Assembly: GCF_000022265.1 (NCBI RefSeq)
Contig: NC_011979.1
Location: 1,500,001 to 1,532,000 of the forward strand
DNA from: Geotalea daltonii FRC-32
GTDB taxonomy: Bacteria > Desulfobacterota > Desulfuromonadia > Geobacterales > Geobacteraceae
Length of the DNA: 32,000 bases
Direction: 5' to 3'
Part shown: in pieces, positions 22,282 to 31,067 of the stretch
Position numbering within the stretch: the first letter of the stretch is position 1
Layout of the letters: the number at the start of each line of letters is the position of its first letter
Made by a program: the position numbers and the translations under genes
The notes under the pieces: model-generated
Told to the model about the DNA's origin: nothing
The model's input: only the letters and a program-made list of their open reading frames with translations
Databases searched by the model: none

Positions 22282-23532
22282 TTACCGCTGTCTTGCTGGG
22301 CGCGAACCGCCGGGAACACCACCAGGAATCTGGGGAGCAGATCTTGTGGACGGGGCAGGAGCTGGTGGCGCCTGCCGAATGGTCGGCGCAGGCGCAGAGC
22401 GTGTTGTCCCGATGCCTGGCACTGCCGAAGGCTGCCCCGTTGTCAGCGGCTGCCTGTTCAGCTGATGAACAGAGTCGCGGCTCATCCTGCCTCGCTGGCG
22501 GTAGGTCTTTAATTCACGGTCACTGCCATAGCCACCGAAACCAGAGTAGGGTTTCGACACCTCTCCTTGGGACAGGCGGCCGCGGTCAGGACTCCTTCTT
22601 TCAATAGTTCCGGGAGAAGCCGGCCTTGGTACAGTAGTAGCAGGAGGTGCAACCCTGGTACGCCTTTGCGGCACATTTGCGGGCGCGCCTGGTCGTCTTC
22701 CCTGTTCCCTCCGCAATTCTACATTCCTGCGTAGCTCATTGCGAAACCTGATGGTATCGTGCTGAACAACCCGGCGATTTATATGGATATCACGGTGCCG
22801 GCTGTTTATGTAGGTGCGGTTACGGGTATTTATGAATGGCCGGGCCCGGTTTATCCATCCCCTCCCGCGCCAGCCATGGTAGAAGATGCGGTGCCTATGC
22901 CAGTCGCAATCCCTGTTCAGCCAAGCCCCAATGCCGAAACCGATGCCGAAGGAAATGAACCCGTAGGAAGGGTAGAATCCTTCCACATATACGGCGACAG
23001 GATCATACTGGGGAACATAGATGACTTCCGCTTCAGCAGGGATGATCCTGATGACCTGGCCTTCCACTATTACCTGTTGCTGGGGAGTAGAAATGAGACT
23101 CCCGGCTGCTTTAGCATCGGCACGGAGTTGCTGGATGATGTCCATGACCTCCTGCTCCTGATTGACGAAGGCCTGACCGAGAGAAACCGTCCATTCGTAT
23201 CTGTTGTCCATCATGAACAGTACAGTCGGATAATGGGCAACAGCTTTGACACTCACGTCCCATGGCTGAAGGTCAATCCGTGCCGATTTCCCATACTGCC
23301 GGACGTACCGCGCCGCTTCGTCGATCTGGTCGACGAAGGTTGCAGCAGGCAGGATTTGGGCAATCAGAGGGTCAGGATAAAGGGCAATGGGTGCCAGCAG
23401 GTCATCCAGTTCTTCAGTGGTGAACAGATCGTCACCGGCATTGTATGCTTCGGCTGAATATTCATCAGCCCCGGCTGGGGTGAAAATCAGGGAAAGCAGT
23501 GTGGCAAAAAGGACAATGGTGATTGATTTCAT
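22282..23532 (-). CDS. DUF3300-family secreted protein with a long Arg/Pro-rich C-terminal tail
   Basis: Signal peptide. LDDLLAPIALYPDPLIAQILPAATF is the hallmark N-terminal DUF3300 motif. The C-terminal part, about 170 aa, is low-complexity and rich in R/P/G/S. There is a 51-nt gap to the downstream DUF2950 gene. Confidence 0.75.
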   Translation of the reverse strand: MKSITIVLFATLLSLIFTPAGADEYSAEAYNAGDDLFTTEELDDLLAPIALYPDPLIAQILPAATFVDQIDEAARYVRQYGKSARIDLQPWDVSVKAVAHYPTVLFMMDNRYEWTVSLGQAFVNQEQEVMDIIQQLRADAKAAGSLISTPQQQVIVEGQVIRIIPAEAEVIYVPQYDPVAVYVEGFYPSYGFISFGIGFGIGAWLNRDCDWHRHRIFYHGWRGRGWINRARPFINTRNRTYINSRHRDIHINRRVVQHDTIRFRNELRRNVELRREQGRRPGAPANVPQRRTRVAPPATTVPRPASPGTIERRSPDRGRLSQGEVSKPYSGFGGYGSDRELKTYRQRGRMSRDSVHQLNRQPLTTGQPSAVPGIGTTRSAPAPTIRQAPPAPAPSTRSAPQIPGGVPGGSRPARQR

Positions 23533-23645
23533 GATTATCCCCGCAAGGGTAAGGTAGCGCAGAGCAACTTGCTGTTAGTGTATCAGAATCTGATGGGGCA
23601 TCAAGGGAAGGGCATGGAGCCGGAATCAAACGAAAATAGGAGTAT

Positions 23646-24125
23646 TCAAATTTTCTTTTCAGGAGTCATTTCCTGCCTGATGCCCCATCTGGACAGCTGG
23701 AGCAGGACTTCATCTGCCAGGTGCCCAATCTGGGCAGAGACAGCAGGGGAGAGTTCGGTTCCTAGTCCAGTAAAAGCAGGTTGTATGCCGCATAAGACAA
23801 TTTCTGCAGGTAAGGAGCCAAGGAGTTCGGCGACAGTGAGCAGGTCCTTCAGTTCGATCTGGTGAGGCGAAACTTTGGTAACGTTGGCAAGGGGAATTTC
23901 ATTCCCGGAAAGCAGCACCAGTGTCCCTGGTATTTTGCCGGTATCAACGGCATCCACTAGAATCAGGCGCTCGACTCCTTCCAGTTTCGGCAGCAGATCG
24001 ATCCCCATGGTGCCGCCGTCAAGCAGAATAACCTCTGAAGGGAAAATATAAAGGGACTGAAGAAGCTGAATGACTTTTGCTCCGACACCGTCGTCGGACA
24101 TGATTGGATTTCCTATGCCGAGCAC
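23646..24125 (-). CDS. [NiFe]-hydrogenase maturation endopeptidase (HyaD/HybD/HoxM family)
   Basis: GIGNPIMSDDGVG, DGGTMG, LILVDAVD and VSPHQ match the conserved metal-ligand motifs of this family. The ORF-track start is GTG 24125. The true start is probably further upstream at a non-canonical codon (see findings). Confidence 0.85.
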   Translation of the reverse strand: MLGIGNPIMSDDGVGAKVIQLLQSLYIFPSEVILLDGGTMGIDLLPKLEGVERLILVDAVDTGKIPGTLVLLSGNEIPLANVTKVSPHQIELKDLLTVAELLGSLPAEIVLCGIQPAFTGLGTELSPAVSAQIGHLADEVLLQLSRWGIRQEMTPEKKI

Positions 24126-24200
24126 TAGAATAGGCAGAATACGTTCCTCCTGCGTCAGATTTTTAATCTCGACCTGCTATTGCTCCAGTGGAAGTTTCCC

Positions 24201-27011
24201 TCATATCTTCACCGTCTTGTACAAGAAATTTTTGAACTTGAAGAAGCGGCGCCGCTCTTCTTCATCATTATTGATATCCCCCTCAATTGCTTTCAGATAA
24301 CGGGCAAGCTGCGGCATGCCTTTGCCTGCGGCCGTCTTGGATTTTTCGATAACCTGTTTCACCACATCCCTAGAAATGAGGTTCTGGGAATATGGTTCAT
24401 AGACGGCTGTCCAAAAATCCTCTTCATGGGCGATCTTGGATAGAATCTCGTCGGTCACCTCTACTGTGAGTTTGGTAGTGGCCTGGGTCGTCACTTCGCG
24501 CATACCATCGGTGATGGCCCTGCGAATATCGGCTGCGCCAAGCGATTGCCCGGTCCGGAAGAAGAGGGCACGGAGAAGGATGCTTCTCAGCTCCCTGATG
24601 TTGCCCTTGTAGTTATGCTTGACCAGCACCTGTTTTGCCTCTTCAGTGAGGAAAGGGGCATCGTCCCTCGGCTCATCCTTGCCCCGGTAGGTGCGGTAGA
24701 GCTTGCCCAGGAAGTGGATTGCCAAGTCTGGGATGTCCTCCCGCCGTTCATTCAGGGACGGAACCCGTACCGAAAGCTCTGACAACCGGTGGTAGAGATC
24801 CTCGCGGAAATTTCCCCTGCTGATCTCTTCCTGAAGATTCTTGTTCGTGGCTGCCACCACCAGAACCCTGCTGAACCGTTCCTGGTTGTCTCCCAGGCGG
24901 ACGAATCCGCCATTATCCAGAAAACGCAGGAGCTGGACCTGGGTCTTCAGATCGGCATCCCCGATTTCGTCCAGGAAGACGATGCCCCCTCCGGTCTCTT
25001 CCAGGATGCCCTTGCGGTCGCTGTAGGCCCCGGTGAAGGCGCCTTTTTTATGGCCAAACAGTTCGGAATAGGTCAATTCACCGCTGTAGGCGGCAATGTT
25101 GGTCTTCTTCACCGGCAGCTCGCCAGCCGGGTCGATTTCCTGGCGATAGAGCTCGTTGAGCTTGTTGTACAGGTTGTTGAAGAAGAATTCCTTGCCGGCT
25201 CCGGTCTGGCCGAGGACCAGGATAGAGGGAAGGCCGATTGTTGCTTCCTGCAGGACGTTCTTGCTCCAGAGGGCAATGCGGTTAAAGATCGGCCCTGAGA
25301 CAGTGTTGATGAACTCGACTATCTCCTGGGATTTGCGGCTGTTGCCGATGATGTTGCCCAGCCGGTACGATGAGACCTGCGGGTCCTTGTAGGCCACATC
25401 ACTCTGCAGCCTTGTCACTTCATTCTGCAGCCGTTCGATCCGCTGAATATCCGAAATGTGATGGGAGGTAAGGCGGTCGATAATCTGCAGAATCCGCTTG
25501 TGTTCCTCAGTGAAATAGGCCGGCTTCAACGAATTCAGGCAGATGACGGCTGTCAGTTCTTCGCCGCTGATAATCGGTACGGCAATTTCACTTTTGATCA
25601 GGTCGCTCATGGAGCGGTGAAAGCCGCCGCTACGCTGTTCGTCTTCGATATGGGCGATGATCTTGGGCTGCTTCGACCAGGCCACGTAACCGGTCAGACT
25701 GCGCTCGTCGGGTGGGAGTTCAGGTCCACCGATCTTGAAGGGGGGGATATATTTCTTCAGCCATTCCTTATTCTTTGCTCCTATGATATTGCCTTCTTCA
25801 TCTTCCACAACCAGCCAGCGCTCCCCTTCCCGTTCTTCGACAATGGCGATGCTGCCCGTATCGGCGCCGATCAGTTCCGTAGCCTTGGAGAGGACCTTGG
25901 TCAGGAACGGCTGCAGTTCCTCATTCCGCTCCTGGAGAAGGTCGGTAATCTCCGCCAGGACCCGGATTTCAAGATGCTCGCTGCCGATTTCGTTGATGAC
26001 GCTTTCCACCATTTCCGCGTGGGTCTGGAGCAGACCCATTTCAAACTCGGAAAAACGGTAAAGATCACGGGTGAAATAATTAACCAGGCAGATCAGCCGC
26101 CGCGTCTCCGGATCGAAACGCGGGACCACATAGAGCGAACGAAGCGCCATCTGCTCGGTGAGGGCTCGTTTCTGCAAGCTGTATTGGGTAAGGTCGGCAA
26201 AGAAGATCGGGCGCAGCAGCCTGTCATCGGTAATGACGCCGTGGTCATCCACATATTTGGAAATCAGTGATTTACCTTTCTCCAGATCTATGGCCCCCTG
26301 TTCATCATAGAGGGCCTTGAGGCCGGGTTCTTCGGAATGGCTGGCGAGAATTGCCAATGCCCCGTCCCCATTTTTGCCGGACACGGGAATTAAAACTGAA
26401 GCGAGCGAGAGCCGGTCGATCAGCCGTACCGCCGATCGCACCATGAATGCAGCTGTTTCCCGTTTTTTATACTCTTCGACGCTACGGGCAAGCAGTAGCT
26501 GTTGGTGATATTTTCTGGCGGAATCGAGCTGGTTGCCGATCTCGGCCTGAAAATCGCCAAGAACTGCCTTGCCGCGAGCACTGACTATCTCGCCCGGGTT
26601 CTGCCTGTCGATGCAGATTACGCCGATGGATTTGCCCTGGCTGGTCAGGGGAACAAGGTAGCTGGCCGAGATATCGAACTTTTCGGCGAAGCCCTTGTCG
26701 AGGCTAAGACCCGTGGCCTTGGCATTGCGGAATTCGGCAGGATACTGGGAGACGAAGACACTTGAAACCATGGCATCGCGGGAGATGATGGGGAAAGTGA
26801 CCTCCCGGATCTCGCTACTGAAGGGACCTGAAGCGTAGGCGCAGGCAAGGGCACCCTTGGTCAGGTCTTCCAGGTAGATGCGAACTGTCTCCTGCCCGGA
26901 CATAAGACGAAAGCCTTCTGCTGCAGCATGTAGCATCTCATCCAGATTCTCCTTGCCGAAGCCGGAGATCTTTTCACCAAGCTTGGTCAGCCTTAATACT
27001 AACGATTCCAT
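24201..27011 (-). CDS. Sigma-54-dependent transcriptional activator with multiple N-terminal GAF-like domains
   Basis: ATG 27011 follows GAGG. The ORF-track GTG at 27038 lies about where the predicted promoter would start transcription. The N-terminal region of about 560 aa is GAF-like. The AAA+ core has GQTGAGKE, ELFGHKKGAFTGA, VFLDEIGD, VVAATN and REDLYHRL. The C-terminal region of about 100 aa has an HTH-like GKGMPQLARYLKAI. Confidence 0.88.
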   Translation of the reverse strand: MESLVLRLTKLGEKISGFGKENLDEMLHAAAEGFRLMSGQETVRIYLEDLTKGALACAYASGPFSSEIREVTFPIISRDAMVSSVFVSQYPAEFRNAKATGLSLDKGFAEKFDISASYLVPLTSQGKSIGVICIDRQNPGEIVSARGKAVLGDFQAEIGNQLDSARKYHQQLLLARSVEEYKKRETAAFMVRSAVRLIDRLSLASVLIPVSGKNGDGALAILASHSEEPGLKALYDEQGAIDLEKGKSLISKYVDDHGVITDDRLLRPIFFADLTQYSLQKRALTEQMALRSLYVVPRFDPETRRLICLVNYFTRDLYRFSEFEMGLLQTHAEMVESVINEIGSEHLEIRVLAEITDLLQERNEELQPFLTKVLSKATELIGADTGSIAIVEEREGERWLVVEDEEGNIIGAKNKEWLKKYIPPFKIGGPELPPDERSLTGYVAWSKQPKIIAHIEDEQRSGGFHRSMSDLIKSEIAVPIISGEELTAVICLNSLKPAYFTEEHKRILQIIDRLTSHHISDIQRIERLQNEVTRLQSDVAYKDPQVSSYRLGNIIGNSRKSQEIVEFINTVSGPIFNRIALWSKNVLQEATIGLPSILVLGQTGAGKEFFFNNLYNKLNELYRQEIDPAGELPVKKTNIAAYSGELTYSELFGHKKGAFTGAYSDRKGILEETGGGIVFLDEIGDADLKTQVQLLRFLDNGGFVRLGDNQERFSRVLVVAATNKNLQEEISRGNFREDLYHRLSELSVRVPSLNERREDIPDLAIHFLGKLYRTYRGKDEPRDDAPFLTEEAKQVLVKHNYKGNIRELRSILLRALFFRTGQSLGAADIRRAITDGMREVTTQATTKLTVEVTDEILSKIAHEEDFWTAVYEPYSQNLISRDVVKQVIEKSKTAAGKGMPQLARYLKAIEGDINNDEEERRRFFKFKNFLYKTVKI

Positions 27012-27046
27012 AGATACCTCTGAGTAGGAAAAATACACAGGTGGGT

Positions 27047-27075
27047 ACTCTAAATAAAAAAGGAGGGGGAGTCAA
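27047..27075 (-). promoter_or_regulatory. Candidate sigma-70 promoter for the GAF/sigma-54 activator gene
   Basis: Minus strand: TTGACT (27075-27070), 17-nt spacer, TAGAGT (27052-27047). This would place the transcription start near 27040, leaving about 29 nt of leader before ATG 27011. Confidence 0.35.
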
Positions 27076-27150
27076 GCGCGATAAGGGGGGGGAAATTATG
27101 GAAGGCAGACGGGCTGTAACGGTAACCGGGGATGACTGCCGGCCTGTTTT

Positions 27151-28998
27151 TCAGTTCAGCCCTTTTCTGATCTGGTACAGCTCTTCCATGTTCAGGTCGT
27201 TCAGCTCGTAGTATTCCCGTTCCAGCTCTTCCACATAGAAGCGGTCAAGGCCTGAGTTTTCCAGGAAGTCTTCCCGCAGGGAAATGTCTTTCTGGGAGAT
27301 GATGGTGGGCAGCAGGTTGTGCAGATAGATGGCCTCTTTCTTGATGGCAAGGATGGTCTCATCGAACAGCCTGTCCGGAATTTGACCGTCAAGCAGCTTT
27401 TTATGGTGGAGCTCTTCGCATACTTCCCGCTTCAGGGCATCCTGATCGGCTTTAGTCGCATATTTGGAGTAGAAGTTGCGTATTCTCTCCCGCACATGCT
27501 CCAGCAAAGTAATGAATATTCTCTCTTCTTCGTCGATCTTGAGCAGTTGATCCAGAAGCGCCGCTATGGAAAGGCGGTTCTCTTCAATAAGGTTCAGTCC
27601 CTTGATCAAGGTTGAGACTTTTTTCCGGCCGTAGGCGCCAAGGTACTTGTTTTCGAAAATGCCGGCAAGGAAAAGGCTGGCGAACAGGTCCGGGGCCAAG
27701 CCATCGAACTCGCTCTTGTTGCCCAGAAGGCTTCTTATCATATCTTCGGTTACCCGCACATTTTCCATAAAGGCCAATTGATTGATGATGGATGACGTGG
27801 CATCGTAACGGTCGAAATAAGTTATGATATGGGAAAAGCCTTCCAGAAGCTGAATGTCGGCGCCATCGCGGATTTTCTCGTCGCAGACTTTGCTGGCGTC
27901 AAGGAGGATTTCCTCGAAGGTGTGGTCGCGATTCTCAGCAGCTTGCTTCTTGGCGAAGAGCAGCTTCAAGAGGTCGTCGCGATCAATGGCATTCTCAATC
28001 TGCCGTTCGCTGAGGAACATCCCTTCGAGAATTTGTCGGGTTTCGGAAATGTAATTGTTCTCTTCCAGGTCAATCAATTTCTTGTCCTTTTTCAGCATTT
28101 CATCCAAGGTGTAGAAAAGGGCGCCGGGTATCTTGTTGCGGACGGAAAGAGTTTTCAGCCTGGTCAGACGCGCATTTTCCAGCTTGTTGATTTCACCTTT
28201 GCGATTGCAGGCGATGAGGATATTTTTGTATTCATCGACGATCCTCTTGTTGTCGGGATGTTTGTACATGATGTCAATGCGGATCCGTTCCTGCTGATAG
28301 CGGTCGATTGAGAACTGATCAGCCAGAGCGGACAGCCCGGCAAAATCCTCGTCGGCGATCTTCTTGTTCTTGAAGTAGAGGGATTTGAAGAAGTTGCTGT
28401 ATTTCTCATGTTTCTTGTTGATGAGCTTGAAGAGGAAGAGCTGTGCCTTGGGGTCGTTCAGGAGGTCGAACATCTCCGAAATGATGCCGTTGTCATTTTC
28501 CTCCCAGACGGAAACGGATCTCTTCAGGGCTTTGCCCAGTCGCCTGACGATGATTTCCTGCTGTTTTTCAAGTGAACCCTGGGTTACTTCGGAGTTGATA
28601 CAGAAGAAATAGTTGCAGACGGCATTGCCGTCAAAAAAGATTTTTTCATAGCTTTGGCTGCCGTCGGTGCGGTCACTGAATTTCAGGGTGCCGGCCTTGT
28701 TGTCGTAACGTGTGCCGTACATGACAAGGCGATTGATGACGTCTCCCTTGGCCAGGTCGGCAATGGGCTGATCGACGCCGAACATGTATTCGCAGAACGA
28801 GCCGCCGTTGCCGTAGTGGCTTATGGATTCCGTGCCGATAATGAATTCGTTGCCGGGGCAGAAGAAACGGAGGTTTTTTCCATCTCCCTGGTCGGTATTG
28901 AAAAAGAAACGGTTGTGCGCATCGTTTCCAGCCACAATGGCATAATATTCAATATGTTTATCGATGAAGCCATGGAGGCGAATATCGTTATGCATCAA
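27151..28998 (-). CDS. Hypothetical protein, 615 aa (family not recognised)
   Basis: Long clean ORF with GGAAGGAA before ATG 28998. The N-terminal region of about 150 aa looks beta-rich (FFCPGNEFIIGTESISHYGNGGSFCEYMFG). The remaining 450 aa or so is Lys/Glu/Leu-rich and probably helical. No signal peptide, TM segment or catalytic motif recognised. Confidence 0.75.
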   Translation of the reverse strand: MMHNDIRLHGFIDKHIEYYAIVAGNDAHNRFFFNTDQGDGKNLRFFCPGNEFIIGTESISHYGNGGSFCEYMFGVDQPIADLAKGDVINRLVMYGTRYDNKAGTLKFSDRTDGSQSYEKIFFDGNAVCNYFFCINSEVTQGSLEKQQEIIVRRLGKALKRSVSVWEENDNGIISEMFDLLNDPKAQLFLFKLINKKHEKYSNFFKSLYFKNKKIADEDFAGLSALADQFSIDRYQQERIRIDIMYKHPDNKRIVDEYKNILIACNRKGEINKLENARLTRLKTLSVRNKIPGALFYTLDEMLKKDKKLIDLEENNYISETRQILEGMFLSERQIENAIDRDDLLKLLFAKKQAAENRDHTFEEILLDASKVCDEKIRDGADIQLLEGFSHIITYFDRYDATSSIINQLAFMENVRVTEDMIRSLLGNKSEFDGLAPDLFASLFLAGIFENKYLGAYGRKKVSTLIKGLNLIEENRLSIAALLDQLLKIDEEERIFITLLEHVRERIRNFYSKYATKADQDALKREVCEELHHKKLLDGQIPDRLFDETILAIKKEAIYLHNLLPTIISQKDISLREDFLENSGLDRFYVEELEREYYELNDLNMEELYQIRKGLN

Positions 28999-29025
28999 AT
29001 TCCTTCCGTTCCCAAGGATTGCGTA

Positions 29026-29054
29026 ATATTAGCCTAATGAAGCCTTCATTGCAA
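29026..29054 (-). promoter_or_regulatory. Candidate sigma-70 promoter for the 615-aa gene
   Basis: Minus strand: TTGCAA (29054-29049), exactly 17 nt, TAATAT (29031-29026), about 28 nt upstream of ATG 28998. Confidence 0.4.
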
Positions 29055-29069
29055 GTTGGCTTCTCGGGA

Positions 29070-29825
29070 TTAGAGAGCAAAAGACATGCCATCATATGCA
29101 AATTCCACGCCGCTGGGCAGTTTTGCCCCGTCAGAGTAAGAAACTTCATGGGTAAGATGGGTAAGGATAGCATGCTCAGGTCGGAGGTCTTCCACCACCT
29201 TCAGTGCTCCTTCAATATTGTAATGGTTGGGATGGGGTGTGTAGCGAAGAGCATCGAGTATCAGCAACCTGAGACCGGCAAGTTTTGCCCGTGAGGTGTC
29301 GGCTATGGAGCTGCAGTCGGTCAGGTAGGCCACATCGTCAAAACGATAACCGGTGGTCGGCATGTGGCCATGCATGAGTGGAATGGGTTCCACCCGGCAG
29401 CCGAACAAGTCCATGGGGCCGCTGATGATATTCTGCTCCATGAGCGGTGCATAGCCGGCGGCTTCCATGCCCTTGAAGATATATGAGAAATTTCTGGCGA
29501 TGACCTTCATGGATTCTTCGCTTCCATAGCAGGGTATGATCCTTTTATGGATAAAATGGAAGCCGCGAAGATCATCAATGCCGTGGATGTGATCGGCGTG
29601 GGAGTGGGTGAAGAGTACGGCGTCGATATGGGGAATATGCTCTCTGATTACCTGCTTTCTCAGATCGGTGGAGGTGTCGACAAGAATGTATTTGCCATTG
29701 TTTTCTATGATGATCGAAGCGCGGGTCCGTTTGTCCCGGCGATCACCTGAGGAACAGACGGGGCAATGGCAGCCGACCATGGGCACGCCAGTGGAGGTGC
29801 CGGAGCCGAGAATCGTTAATTTCAT
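29070..29825 (-). CDS. MBL-fold metallo-hydrolase, PhnP-like
   Basis: The ORF-track frame extends to 30026. ATG 29825 (MKLTILGSGTSTGVP) with an upstream AAGGGA is the family-typical start. It has the GCHCPVC cysteine cluster and the THSHADHIHG metal motif. No phn genes are nearby. Confidence 0.8.
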   Translation of the reverse strand: MKLTILGSGTSTGVPMVGCHCPVCSSGDRRDKRTRASIIIENNGKYILVDTSTDLRKQVIREHIPHIDAVLFTHSHADHIHGIDDLRGFHFIHKRIIPCYGSEESMKVIARNFSYIFKGMEAAGYAPLMEQNIISGPMDLFGCRVEPIPLMHGHMPTTGYRFDDVAYLTDCSSIADTSRAKLAGLRLLILDALRYTPHPNHYNIEGALKVVEDLRPEHAILTHLTHEVSYSDGAKLPSGVEFAYDGMSFAL

Positions 29826-30006
29826 AGCAGGTCCCTTGGAATGCCTATTAAATAGCATGTTTTGGCCGATGCAGGCAAGGGGTTTGTCCGGGTTCATGGC
29901 AGCAATGACTTGCAATAAATCAAAAGGAAAAGTACATATTAAGTGCAGCCTGAACCTCCGGAGCGAATCCTGCCGGTGGCACTCGTTTCTTTGAAAGGCC
30001 TGATGC

Positions 30007-31035
30007 ATGAAGCTAGGCATTATCACTCCCCATTACTATCCACTCATGCGCGGCAACGCCGTGACCGTGCGCCGAATTGAGAAAAACCTTGCAAATGCCG
30101 GAGTCGAGGTAGCCGTTTATTCACTGGATGCTATGACTGCCGAAGAGATCGGCAGTGAGGTCGATGCTGCAAGACCAGAATTGATCCATGCCTTCCATGG
30201 CCATAGCGGCGGCAGGGTGGCTTACCGGCTCAAGGAGCAGTACGGCATTCCCTATGTCATCACTCTTACGGGTACCGATATCTATGAAGCGATCATCGAC
30301 CACCGCCGGGAAGAAACCTTCCGCGCCCTCAATGGGGCTGCTGGACTGGTCGTATTCCACGAAAGCGTAAGAGACCGGCTGCTGAACCATCTTTCACAAT
30401 TGGAGGCTAACACCGTCGTTATCCCCCAAGGGGTGGAACTGCCTGAGGAACCCTGCCGTCGAGCCAGAGAATTCCCTTTTTCATCCGACAGCTTCAGCTT
30501 TCTCCTGCCGGCGGGCCTGCGTCCAGTAAAGAACGTGCTTTTCCCCCTCGGGCCGCTGGCGGCACTGCATGACCAATATCCACGCATTCGCCTGATCCTG
30601 GCCGGGCCGGTCCTTGATCCTGCCTATGCCGCACAGGTCATGGACTCCCTTGAAGGGTACCCGTTCGCCCATTACCTTGGCGGAATCGGCCATGATGAAA
30701 TGGGCTGCCTGTACAATAAGGCTGAGGTGGTGCTGAATACTTCGATCTTTGAGGGGGGGATGGCCAACAGCATCCTGGAGGCTCTTGCCTATGGCAAGGC
30801 GGTGCTGGCTGCCGACATCGAGGGGAACCGATCACTGATTGCCGATGGCAAAACCGGTTTTCTTTACCAGAACGAGCGTCAGTTTTTGCAGAAGGCGGAG
30901 CAGCTTGTCTGTCGGCCCGACATGCGTGCAGCATTCGGGGCGGCAGGGCGGACATTGGCAAGGGAACGGTTTGCCCCGGAAAAGGAAATTGCAGGCTATC
31001 TGCAGCTCTATCAGGGGGTATTGAGACAACGGTGA
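30007..31035 (+). CDS. Glycosyltransferase, GT-B fold (family 4/1 type)
   Basis: N-terminus MKLGIITPHYYPLMRGNAV. The C-terminal EGGMANSILEALAYGKAVLAADIEGNRSLI...GKTGFLY is the E-x7-E type nucleotide-sugar binding motif. Confidence 0.85.
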   Translation: MKLGIITPHYYPLMRGNAVTVRRIEKNLANAGVEVAVYSLDAMTAEEIGSEVDAARPELIHAFHGHSGGRVAYRLKEQYGIPYVITLTGTDIYEAIIDHRREETFRALNGAAGLVVFHESVRDRLLNHLSQLEANTVVIPQGVELPEEPCRRAREFPFSSDSFSFLLPAGLRPVKNVLFPLGPLAALHDQYPRIRLILAGPVLDPAYAAQVMDSLEGYPFAHYLGGIGHDEMGCLYNKAEVVLNTSIFEGGMANSILEALAYGKAVLAADIEGNRSLIADGKTGFLYQNERQFLQKAEQLVCRPDMRAAFGAAGRTLARERFAPEKEIAGYLQLYQGVLRQR

Positions 31036-31067
31036 GGAGTGAGGAGTGAGGCGGCGCCTTCACTTGT

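Noticed and set aside
22759-26270. Plus-strand ORFs 22759..23457 (232 aa) and 25458..26270 (270 aa)
   Set aside because: They are antisense to the DUF3300 gene and the GAF/sigma-54 activator gene, both of which have clear family motifs.
29977-29994. Perfect TGGCAC -24-like box upstream of the glycosyltransferase gene
   Set aside because: There is no TTGC/GC element at the required spacing (positions 29988-29991 read TCTT), so it is not a credible sigma-54 promoter.
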